64,000 bases of DNA from Oikopleura dioica (taxonomy: Eukaryota > Animalia > Chordata). Within the stretch, counting starts at the first letter, position 1, and the number at the start of each line of letters is the position of its first letter. A program made the translations under genes and the position numbers. Below the pieces are notes generated by a model. The model worked only from the letters and a program-made list of their open reading frames with translations. It had not been told where the DNA came from and searched no databases. The stretch lies in contig OU015568.1 of NCBI GenBank assembly GCA_907165135.1, positions 7,254,001 through 7,318,000 of the forward strand. Direction: 5' to 3'. This document shows positions 51,305-60,997 of the stretch, one piece after another.

Positions 51305-51703
51305 ATGCTCGTTACTTATGAATTGAAAAGAGTAAAAGCAAGCGTGGAAGGCCGACCGCAACCAGATAAATGGACCGCGGGAAAAAAAGTTCTGAAAAAC
51401 CTCGAAGAATATTTTGAAGAGCTTGAAGATCTCAGGAGAAGACGAGAAGTTCTACAGAAAAAGCTCCAAGAGGAAGAAAGAAACTGTTTACTCAAGTTGG
51501 CGGGATTGCCAGTAGAGCCAAATGAGCCTGTGAAAAAACGAAGAAAAAATACAGTTTGGAACAACTTTGTCCCAGGAAAGAGAGCGAAATTAGATGATCG
51601 AATCAATCGAGGACTCGCGCGTGCAAAACGGAAATACGAGGAAAATCGAAAGCTCATTCAACAAATGGAGAGCATCATCTACCGCTGCCTTGCTCGAAAA
51701 TGA
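51305..51703 (+). CDS. Intronless 132-aa charged coiled-coil ORF with NLS-like KKRRK
   Basis: Intact ATG-to-stop ORF with E/K/R-rich heptads; partial copies at ~55010-55157 and ~59010-59105. Confidence 0.5.
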   Translation: MLVTYELKRVKASVEGRPQPDKWTAGKKVLKNLEEYFEELEDLRRRREVLQKKLQEEERNCLLKLAGLPVEPNEPVKKRRKNTVWNNFVPGKRAKLDDRINRGLARAKRKYEENRKLIQQMESIIYRCLARK

Positions 51704-51814
51704 ATTACTGTGAAATACAACTGTTGCTTATTGAATATGAACGCTTTTTTCTGATAGAGAAAGATAATTCTATCTTCAACTTCTCAACTATAAGAACAAG
51801 TAATACGCTTTATT

Positions 51815-52039
51815 AGATTCCACCCAATCAGCTAAACTAAATCGGTACTCATTGGCGTGTAAGGCCAGATAAAGATAACTACTAAGCGCGCAGCTGGTCG
51901 CGGCACGGCTGGACGCTCCGATTTAACTAGTTTGGGCTTCCTGGACATGATTCCCGCTGGGCGGGCGCTAAGTTATCTTGTTTATGTGGCCTTACACACC
52001 AATGAGTACCGATTTAGTTTAGCTGATTGGGTGGAATCT
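51815..52039. mobile_element. ~225-bp MITE with ~53-bp near-perfect TIRs
   Basis: AGATTCCACCCAATCAGCTAAACTAAATCGGTACTCATTGGCGTGTAAGGCCA ... TGGCCTTACACACCAATGAGTACCGATTTAGTTTAGCTGATTGGGTGGAATCT. Confidence 0.85.
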
Positions 52040-52292
52040 GTTCAGAATTTAACGCGCTTTTCAATGGTGCTAGTTTCATGAAGAAAAAAAAATAAAGTTT
52101 GCAAGACTTGATGCATTTTGAAGCTGGGCTTCTTTTTTCTCGCTTGATCATCAACCAAGAATGATAGAGAAAAGCTTCTGCTCGCGCTCCCTAACTCACG
52201 TTAAAATCGCGCTCGCTCACTCAGGAAAAAAAATCGGGGTGCTCTGCTCGCACTCACTCGCTCATCTTAGTTTCGACCATTTTTTCAAACAC

Positions 52293-53280
52293 TGGTGACG
52301 GCCGTCTTCTTTGACGTCTTTTGATGACAAAGAAGAGATTTCCTCCTTGCAATTTGCATGCATCTTTGGAAAGGTCGAGGTCTTTTCAGACGAAAGATAA
52401 ATTCCTCTCAAATTCAACCCCTTCCTATCGCATTCTGGACAGCTTCATCAGCATCTAATCCCAAATCGTCAATGTTTTCTTATACGTACGCTTCAAATGT
52501 CTCCTGTTTTATATTCAGGACAACTTTTACTTGATCATCAGCCATTCTCAAACGATCGAGTATTATCTCTACTTTTGAATGGAACTTTGAGTACCTCTTT
52601 CATCTCGAAAACGGTCCGACAGCTAAAAGTACATTCCGACGAGAATATTTCAATTGACAAATTGGTGAACGCTTCGTTCAGGGGGTAGGACCAACTCGTC
52701 TTCCCCCCCCCCACTCCGGCGGGTGACAAAAAATGGCCGGACCAAGCGGATGACAAGCCCAACACGGCCGAACTGCCCGACTCCGCGGAAAACAGCGAGT
52801 CTCTCTCCATCAAAGTTCACGCTGTTCTAATCTAATTTTAATCCAGCTGTGCTATGATCTTCTCTTCCGTTTGAAAAGTCTTTTCTCATCATCCAGCTGA
52901 TCTCTAATTATCTTTCATCTTTTCCCAGCTGATCTTCAGACTCTGTCGGCGCCATTACATCTGTTTCTTTGTTGTCGCAAAAGCAAATTCCAATCGGAAG
53001 AGCTGGCTCTAGGATCCTTCCGCATATCTATGCTATTACGCCTGGCGAGCGGGAAAGGTCTCGTCAGTTTCACTTCAAACATGGACAATCGAATACTCGC
53101 CGTATCTTCACTATTAAAAATGTTTACAAGGATGTTCTTAATCAGCGTATTTGGATCAGTGGGATGAAGGTTGACCTGAGCTCGCATTTCTACCTTCTTC
53201 ATTTTCACTATCAACAAGAACGCGGGCAACATCCCAGGCTTCCATCAGACCATCTTCTTCTCTGTCTGCTACTTCTGGTT
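52293..53280 (-). pseudogene. Mosaic of duplicated gene fragments: ARMC6 5' end, TAF5 3' end, unidentified fragments, and an internally deleted TAF5 piece
   Basis: 52293-52690 matches 60690-61085; 53160-53238 matches 61140-61217 and is fused directly to 53240-53280, which matches ~62472-62512. Confidence 0.85.
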
Positions 53281-53460
53281 AATCGTATGGGAGAGATCGT
53301 GGGATAGAGGCGCTGGGACAGAAGAAAAACTGGTCGGATTGACTTGAAAATTTCAGTCAATACTAATTCAGGGCCGTAGATTTTAAATGGGTTACAAAAA
53401 TATGATTAAACTTTAAGAAAATGCTTTTTTGGAAAAAAAGTTCGAACCAGAGTTATCATT
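53279..53460. mobile_element. Left end of the piggyBac-like MITE family (truncated)
   Basis: TTAATCGTATGGGAGAGATCGTGGGATAGAGGCGCTGGGACAGAAG..ACTGGTCGGAT resembles 5891-6060. Confidence 0.7.
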
Positions 53461-53694
53461 ATAAAATGGACAAAATCTCTTCTCTCTTACCAAAGTGTGG
53501 AACTTCTTGGACAACTAATCTTACTGATTATCATCTGATCATCTTCCTGCGTAAGACGTCAGCGGGAGCTCAGTCTCAGTAGGACATGGGCCCAGGAAAC
53601 GCCCTCTTTTGGCGATGACTGTTCGCCCCTCGAACCTCTCGCGCGCCCTTTTCGAACTCGCTCTGGAAAACGTCTCTTAATCAAAACATCAAAA

Positions 53695-54660
53695 ATGCAA
53701 AACCAAGTTGTTTTCAACCAACTCGGCGGTGCCTTCGTCCATGGTCGCCCCCTCGATCTGGAAACACGCGAGAAGATCGTCCAAATGTCTCAAATGGGAA
53801 TCCGCCGCTGCGTTATTTCTCGTGATCTGCGCGTTTCTATCGGCTCCGTTAGAAATATTCTCTCCCGCTTCAACAAAACTGGCCAAATCAAGCCTGGCGA
53901 GAAGAGAAGATCCAATGTCAGCAAGGAGCACGAATACCTGATCGTCGAGTACCGCAAGCAATTTGCCTGTGCCTGGGAAATACGAGAAGAAATGTTCAAA
54001 GAAGGCTTCCAGAAAGTCCCTTCCGTCGATCAAATCAAACGAGTGCTCCGCAAAAAAGGCTGCCCAGAAGAAGGCGACACCACCGACCCCGCTTCCGATC
54101 TCGATCTTTCCCCACCAACCAAGCCTCGTCGAGCTCCAACCAAATTCACTCAAGCTCAAGTCGACGCTTTCGAAGGCGCCTTTCTCAAAACCCACTATCC
54201 TGATGCCTGCGTCCGCGAAGAACTCTCGGTCCTCACCGGCATAGATATGAGTCGCATTCTAAACTGGTTCAAACACCGACGACGTCGCTACCGAAAAGAA
54301 TGCCCCGCACAGCAAGTCTCAAATCAGCCGATTCAAACTGCACCCTGCCCTTCAAATGCTCCAGCGGTTCCAACAATGGTGCCTTCTCCTCCTCCAATGG
54401 CCGATTCTCCACCAACCTCTTGGCTTCAAGAATTTATCGCTGAAACGATCGGTCCTCAACAATATTTTGACGTCCAGGAAGTCCACCAGCAAGGCAACTC
54501 TTCCGGCGGAAACAGCCCCAATGAATCTGGCTGCTACTATCCACCAGCTTCCGCTCCCGTTCCCGAAGCAGCCCAAGAGCAAATCTACAGCGCTCCAATC
54601 AATCCACCATTCGATTTTTTCAGCCCCGAAGACACCTTCCAGCAATACTTTACGCTATAA
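53695..54660 (+). CDS. Intronless Pax3/7-derived protein: paired domain plus one divergent homeodomain (321 aa)
   Basis: NQLGGAFVHGRPLDLETREKIVQM..GIRRCVISRDLRVS..WEIRE..VPSVDQIKRVLR (paired); HD PRRAPTKFTQAQVDAFEGAFLKTHYPD..REEL..WFKHRRRRYRK; no octapeptide. Confidence 0.9.
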   Translation: MQNQVVFNQLGGAFVHGRPLDLETREKIVQMSQMGIRRCVISRDLRVSIGSVRNILSRFNKTGQIKPGEKRRSNVSKEHEYLIVEYRKQFACAWEIREEMFKEGFQKVPSVDQIKRVLRKKGCPEEGDTTDPASDLDLSPPTKPRRAPTKFTQAQVDAFEGAFLKTHYPDACVREELSVLTGIDMSRILNWFKHRRRRYRKECPAQQVSNQPIQTAPCPSNAPAVPTMVPSPPPMADSPPTSWLQEFIAETIGPQQYFDVQEVHQQGNSSGGNSPNESGCYYPPASAPVPEAAQEQIYSAPINPPFDFFSPEDTFQQYFTL

Positions 54661-54799
54661 TTTTATTTTCAATTACATTCATTTTCGCTCTTTGTAAATT
54701 TTTTTTTCTTCTTAATTTTTTCTTGCACCAATTCTTACTTGTTTTTATAATAAAATCTTCAAAAATATTTCTTCTCAGCTTTTTTTTTATCAGACAAAT

Positions 54800-56160
54800 T
54801 CTAACACAAATAATAAATCTCGTTTTAAAATTCTTTTGATCTGAAATGCCAAAAATAACTGACACTTTGAGAATAAAAAAACGCTTTGCTTGTAATCCTC
54901 CTGAAATTGTACAGATGAGTACTCAATAAAAGAAAACAAATGAAAAAACAGGCCAGTCTTTCGTTCCTAATCAGTGATTAGTAATCACTATGTCAAAGTC
55001 TTAAACAGGTCAAGATCTCACGAGAACACGAGAAGTTCTACAGAAAAAGCTCCGAGAGGAAGAAAGAGACTGTTTACTCAAGTTGGCAGGGTTATCAGTG
55101 CATCCGAATGAGACCGTGGAGAAACGAAGAAAAAATACTGTTTGGAACAACTTTGGATTCGTCGGATTCTTCGGGAGCAGCACGGATCAGATTTATTGCA
55201 AGTTCTCCGCAGTTCATACTAGCCGCGTCTTTACAGAAATCTTTCGAGACCAAAAGAGAAGAAATGAGAGTCAAAACTTTTAACTTAAAAGTTTGTTCGA
55301 GCAGCTTCCTTTGCTCTTTTCAAGAAGTTTTTCAGCAAGACGAATCGAGTTTTCCAATAAATTGTGATCGACAACATAAGTTTTTGCTCTTTGATGCGCT
55401 AGAAATCTTTAACTTCTCTATACACGGGCGCGCGAGTAAGCGCTCAAAACACGGGGTCGGGAAAACCGACCACCAAGCATTATTCAGCCCTGCGCGGCGC
55501 GCTAAATCCGGAGTGTGAAAAATAGCGCCCACTATTTTGATCCCTCATTCATATTTCCGTCCAGGTAATAAGTTCAAAATAATACTGTTAGAAAGCTTGA
55601 ACACTCAGCTATTTACTCATATTATTATTAAGGAGAAAAAACCTGCAAATTTTTCGATAATGAGCTCGAAAGAGATCTGGTGCAAAGCGCCATCCCTCTT
55701 GAAAAATTTCACGAAACTTCGCAGAGTGGTTCGGTTTGTTCATATAACTTATATGATAAGTGCACATTGCAAAAATAAGGTCAAATGGATTGCCTCATTT
55801 GAAGTAACTGAGGGCCAAAGCCGCCGTGGTCGGTTTTTTCATATTCAACCCGCTTAGTCACCTTGGGATGATCCCAATGGGATCCCTGACTTCGATGATC
55901 ATCATCAACAAGCTGAGCCTGGAACATGGCACAAGCGCTCAAAACAGCGTTTTCAAACTCATCAGTGATCTCGTGATCCGGACGCAGTATTTTACAAAGT
56001 TGGCCTTGAATACCTTCAGTCATCATCGCGCATCTGTTTTCTTCGTGATTTTCAGAAACGCGTTTTACAAATCTATTCAGAGCAGCGAGGAACTCCCAGG
56101 TGCTCGTTTAGTTATCATACTTAAAACTTCTAAAAGCGGGAATTTCTCCAATAAAATCTC
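54800..56160. pseudogene. Mosaic of duplicated fragments: orphan 3' region, 5' half of the 132-aa ORF, two ARMC6 internal pieces
   Basis: 54800-54950 matches ~50780-50940; 55010-55157 matches ~51425-51570; 55165-55410 matches ~59910-60140; 55860-56110 matches ~60170-60415 with a 14-bp insertion. Confidence 0.85.
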
Positions 56161-56211
56161 CATCAAAGTTCACGCTGTTCTAATCTAATTTTAGTCCAGC
56201 TGTGTTATGAT

Positions 56212-56654
56212 TAGGGTGGCACGCAAAAAAAATCAACTTTTGCATTAAATATCGTATAGGGATCATTTTCGGATATAATATAATCTTGCCGCCGAAAATT
56301 CCAAATCTGAAAGAAAAAATTTTTTGTGACCTCAGAAAGTACTTTTTTTATATTTATATTTTATAGTTATCGGTCGATTAGTACTCGACAACTGTGATGA
56401 CCAAAACATTTTCTTTTTGATTCTGACTAAATCGAGTGCGCTCTTTTCAATGGTGAGCTTCGTTTTTCTCTATCTTCGGTTGCTCAAAATATTGATTTTT
56501 TAGTACTTTTGGAGGCTAGAAAATAGTACTTTTTTTCAAAATTTTGAAAAAAAAATTTTAGGCTCGTTCAGACACTCTGATATCTCGAACATATCCAAAA
56601 ATGAGATATCTAGATCTTTTACATCAAAAGCTGATTTTTTTGCGCGCCACCCTA
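56212..56654. mobile_element. hAT-like MITE (443 bp) with 8-bp TSD
   Basis: TAGGGTGGCACGCAAAAAAAATCAACTTTTG / CAAAAGCTGATTTTTTTGCGCGCCACCCTA; TSD GTTATGAT at 56204-11 and 56655-62; empty site GCTATGAT present once in the paralogous block at ~52851. Confidence 0.92.
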
Positions 56655-56662
56655 GTTATGAT

Positions 56663-57250
56663 CTTCTCTTCCGTTTGAAAAGTCTTTTCTCATCATCCAG
56701 CTGATCTCTAATTATTTTTCATCTTTTCCCAGCTGATCTTCAGACTCTGTCGGCGCAATTACATCTGTTTCTTCGTTGTCTCAAAAAGCAAATTCCAATC
56801 GGAAGAGCTGGCTCTAGGATCCTGGCGAGCGGGAAGGGTCTCGTCAGTTTCACTTCAAACATGGACAATCGAATACTCGCCGTATCTTCACTATTAAAAA
56901 TGTTTTCAAGGATGTTCTTAATCAGCGTATTTAGGATCAGTGGGATGAAGGTTGACCTGAGCTCGCATTTCTACCTTCTTCATTTTCACTATAAACAAGA
57001 ACGCGGGCAACATCCCAGGCTTCCATCAGATGATCTTCTTCAATGTCGGCTACTTCTGGTTAACCGCATGGGAGAGATCGTGGGATAGAGGCGCTGTTAC
57101 AGAAGGTGTATTCCACTGCATTTAAGAAAAATACTGGTCGGATCGACTTGAAAATTTCAGTCAATTCTAATTCTGGACTGTAGATTTTAAATCTGCTTAC
57201 AAAAATAAGATTAAACTTTAAGAAGATGCTATTTTTTGGAAAAATAACTT
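56663..57250. repeat. Second copy of the fragment/TAF5/piggyBac-end cassette upstream of the Pax gene
   Basis: Near-identical to ~52859-53460, including TTAACCGCATGGGAGAGATCGTGGGATAGAGGCGC..AGAAGGTGTATTCCACTGC at 57060. Confidence 0.85.
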
Positions 57251-57529
57251 ATTTTTCAAATGAGTCTCGAACCAGAATTATCATAATAAAATGGACAAAA
57301 TCTCTTCTCTCTTACAAAAGTGTGGAACTTCTTGGAAAACGAATCTTACTGATTATCATCTGATCATCTTCTTGCGTAAAAACTCCACAGGAGCTCAGTC
57401 TCAGTGGGACATGCGCCCAAGAAACGCCCTCTTTTGGCGATGACTGTTCGCCCCTCGAACCTCTCGCGCGCCCTTTTCGAACTCGCTCTGGGCTTGGCCT
57501 GGGAAACGTCTCTTTATCAAAACATCAAA

Positions 57530-58873
57530 ATGCAAAACCAAGTTGTTTTCAACCAACTCGGCGGTGCCTTCGTCAATGGTAGCCCCCTCCCCCTGGAAAC
57601 TCGCGAGAAGATCGTCCAAATGTCTCAAATGGGAATACGCCCCTGCGTCATTTCTCGTGATCTGCGCGTTTCTAACGGCACCGTCTCCAATATTCTCTCC
57701 TGCTTCAACAAAACTGGCCAAATCAAGGCTTCAAGAAACGTTTCCGGCGGCTCGAAGAGAAGATCCAATATCAGCAAGGAGCACGAATACCTGATCGTCG
57801 AGTACCGCAAGCAATTTGCCTACGCCTGGGAAATACGAGAAGAAATGGTCAAAGAAGGCTTCCAAAAAGCCCCTTCCGTCTATCAAATCAAACGAGTGCT
57901 CCGCCAAAAAGGCTGCCCAGAAGAAGGCGACACCCCCGACCCCGCTTCCGATCTCGATCTTTTCCGACCAAAGGCTCGTCAAGCTCGAACCAAATTCACT
58001 CAAGCTCAAGTCGACACTCTCGAAGGCGCCTTCCTCAAAACCCACCATCCCGATGTCTGCGTACGAGAAGAACTCTCCGTACTCACCGGCATAAATACGA
58101 CTCACATTCGAGAGTGGTTCTCCAACCGACGAGCTCGCTACCGAAGACAGTACCGAGACGCGCAGCAACTCTCAAATCAGCCGATTCAAACTGCACCCTG
58201 CCCTTCAAATGCTCCAGCGGTTCAAACAACGGTGCTTTCTCCTTCTCCAATGGCCGATTCTCCACCAACCAAGCCTCGTCGAACTCGATCCAAATTCACT
58301 CAAGCTCAAGTCGACGCTCTCGAAGGCGCCTTCCTCAAAACCCACCATCCCGATGTCTGCGTCCGCGAAGAACTCTCCGTCCTCACCGGCATAGATATGT
58401 TTCGCATTCGGCAGTGGTTCTCCAACCGACGACGTCGCTACCGAAATGAATGCCCCGCGCAGCAAGTCTCGAACCAGCCGATTCAAACTGCACTCTGCCC
58501 TTCAAATGCTCCAACGGTTCCAACAATGGTGCCTTCTCCTTCTCCCACCGATTCTCCACCAACTTCTTGCCCTCAAGAATTCAACGCTGGAATGACTGCT
58601 CACGACGCTCAGTTCATGCAAGAATCCGACGCCACTCAACAAGCCCAGATTTACCAGAACATCGGTCCTCAACAATATTTTGACGTCCAGGAAATCCACC
58701 AGCAAGCCAACTCTTCCGGCGGAAACAGCCCCAATGAATCTGGCTGCTACTCTCCACTAGCTTCCGCTCCCGTTCCCGAAGCAGCCCAAGAGCAAATCTA
58801 CAGCGTTCCAATCAATCCACCATCCGTTTCTTTCAGCCCCGAAGACAGCTTCCAGCAATACTTTATGCTCTAA
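57530..58873 (+). CDS. Intronless Pax3/7-derived protein: paired domain plus TWO tandem homeodomains (447 aa from ATG 57530)
   Basis: NQLGGAFVNGSPLPLETREKIVQM..GIRPCVISRDLRVS..GGSK..WEIRE (paired); HD1 ..HPDVCVREELSVLTGINTTHIREWFSNRRARYRR; HD2 ..WFSNRRRRYRN, offset by exactly 300 bp. Confidence 0.93.
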   Translation: MQNQVVFNQLGGAFVNGSPLPLETREKIVQMSQMGIRPCVISRDLRVSNGTVSNILSCFNKTGQIKASRNVSGGSKRRSNISKEHEYLIVEYRKQFAYAWEIREEMVKEGFQKAPSVYQIKRVLRQKGCPEEGDTPDPASDLDLFRPKARQARTKFTQAQVDTLEGAFLKTHHPDVCVREELSVLTGINTTHIREWFSNRRARYRRQYRDAQQLSNQPIQTAPCPSNAPAVQTTVLSPSPMADSPPTKPRRTRSKFTQAQVDALEGAFLKTHHPDVCVREELSVLTGIDMFRIRQWFSNRRRRYRNECPAQQVSNQPIQTALCPSNAPTVPTMVPSPSPTDSPPTSCPQEFNAGMTAHDAQFMQESDATQQAQIYQNIGPQQYFDVQEIHQQANSSGGNSPNESGCYSPLASAPVPEAAQEQIYSVPINPPSVSFSPEDSFQQYFML

Positions 58874-59311
58874 TTTAACCTTCTAATTTATTTTCCTCTC
58901 ATTTTCGCTCTCTGTAAATTTCTTCTTGCACCGATTTTTACTTGTTTTTATAATAAAATCTTCAAAAATATTTCTTCTCAGTTTTTTTTATCAGACAAAT
59001 TATGAAAATAGAAGAAAAGCCAAATTAGATGATCGAATATATCGAGGCTTTGCGCGTGCAAAACAGTTTTTTTCATTTTGCTCGAAAGTAAAATATCACT
59101 GCTGCTAAAGTAATTCGTTTTTTTTTCTGAAACAGGAAGAGAGAAACAAAATCCAATCTTCCACTTTTAATTATAAGAACAATTAATACGCTTTATTAGT
59201 CTCAAAAAGACAGGAATGATTAGAATAGAAAAATATATATCAATAAATTGTGAAGTGAAATACAGTGAACTGGTTCAAACAGAAATCTAAGTTATCCGTG
59301 AAGTGAAAATT

Positions 59312-60941
59312 TTAAGAAATGTCCATGGCTTTGAGTCTGTCAGTTGTTCCATGCTCGAGTTTCTTCCCGCTCCCAGTCCAAATGCACTTGAGGGCGACTT
59401 CGCAGCCAAGATCTCGGAGGCAGGCTTTCGCTTCGTCCAGTTTGTGGGCTTGAAGGGCGGCGTTTGCGATGCTTTCAATGTGAAGTTCGAGGAATGGTTT
59501 TCGCAATTCTGGAGCGCGGACAACGCAGTTTCGAACTGCCATCAGTCCTGAAAGGAGTCAAGTTACTGCTTTTTCCGAAGGATGTACCTGCTCTTGTGAT
59601 AGATTTTGATTTACTATGCGCGTTGATAGCACTAACTACAGCTTCAGCGCCATTCATTTTGATGATTTCCTTGGCGCACTCTGGGTTTCTCAATGTCAAG
59701 GCAGTAACGGAGCTAGAAAGATTCATGTCATAATTTGTTAAAATCAAAATCTAACCGAAGAGCAGCTAGGGCAACGCCTGGCTGGGAAAAGTGCCTCATA
59801 AGAGCGCCAATGACATCTTCATGAACTTTGAGCTGAGTGACCATTTTGTGCTTGACCTCGTCATTTCCGATCAGAGCTTTGATCAGATTCAGACACGCCT
59901 TGACTCTATCAGATTCTTCTGGAGCAGCACGGATCAGGTTTATTGCAAGTTCCCCACAGTTCATACTAGCCGCGTCCTTACAGAAATCGTTCGAGACCAA
60001 CAAAGAAGAAATGAGAGTCAAAAGTTTATTCGAGCAGCTTCCTTTGCTCTTTTCAAGAAGTTGTTCAGCAAGACGAATCGAGTTTTCTAGTAAATTGTGA
60101 TCGACAACATATGCTTTCGCTCTTTGATGCGCTAGAAATTTTTAATATTCATATTCAACCCTCTCAATTACCTTGGGATCCTTGACTTCGATGATCATCA
60201 TCAACAAGCTGAGCCTGGAACATGGCACAAGCGCTCAAAACAGCGCTTTCAAACTCATCAGTGATCTCGTGATCTGGACGCAGTATTTTACAAAGTTGGC
60301 CTTGAATACCTTCTGTCATCATCGCGCATCTATTTTCTTCGTGATTTTCAGAAACGCGTTTTACAAGTCTAGCCAGAGCAGCGATGAACTCCCAGGTGCT
60401 CGCTTTATCTTCAAGCTTTCCCCAATTTTCGGCCATTTTGCTTATTTCGAACATCATAAACGAGTTAATCCAATCGGGTTGTCCACGAATGATGACAGAC
60501 AATCCACGAATGAGAATAGTCTTTTCTCCACCTTCGGCAGTTTTTATTCTATCCATAATTTTCTGATGCGCTTTGTAAAAATCAGTAGCGTAGTGTCTGG
60601 GCTCAAAGTCCTTGCATTCTTTTTGAAGATCTTCAAGAGCTTCTTTTGATGGTGAAGCAAGAAAGTTGTCGATTAAATGTAGGATCAAGTGACGGCCGTC
60701 TTCTTCGACGTTTTTCTTGATGACAAAGTAGAGATTTCCTCCTTGCACTTTGCACGTATCTTTTGATGGGTTTAAATACTTTCAAGCAAAAGATAAACTC
60801 TTTCTCAATTCAACCCCTTCCTATGGCATCTTGAACAGCTTCATCAGCATCTAATCCCAAATCGTCAATATTTTCTTTCACGTACGCATCAAATGTCTCC
60901 TGCTTTATATTCAGGACAACTTTTACTTGATCCTCGGCCAT
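59312..60941 (-). CDS. ARMC6: Armadillo repeat-containing protein 6
   Basis: IKQETFDAYVKENIDDLGLDADEAVQDA; VDDDHRSQGSQAHQRAK; LLVSNDFCKD; LIGNDEVK; LTLRNPE; AVRNCV; AKACLRDLGCEVALKCIWTG, collinear with ARMC6. Confidence 0.9.
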
Positions 60942-60997
60942 TCTAAATAAGAAGCAAGTAAAATCTTGAGTTTTGAACGGAACTTTGAGTAACTCTT

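Noticed and set aside
57404-57529. 42-aa N-terminal extension of the second Pax ORF
   Set aside because: It starts at GTG, and the sister copy is not in frame over the equivalent leader. ATG 57530 matches ATG 53695. An in-frame ATG at 57440 cannot be fully excluded.
53695-58873. Idea that the paired-like domains are Tc1/mariner transposase N-termini
   Set aside because: No DDE/DDD catalytic region follows; homeodomains do, and the motifs (NQLGG, IRPCVIS, WEIR, PSV) are Pax3/7-like.
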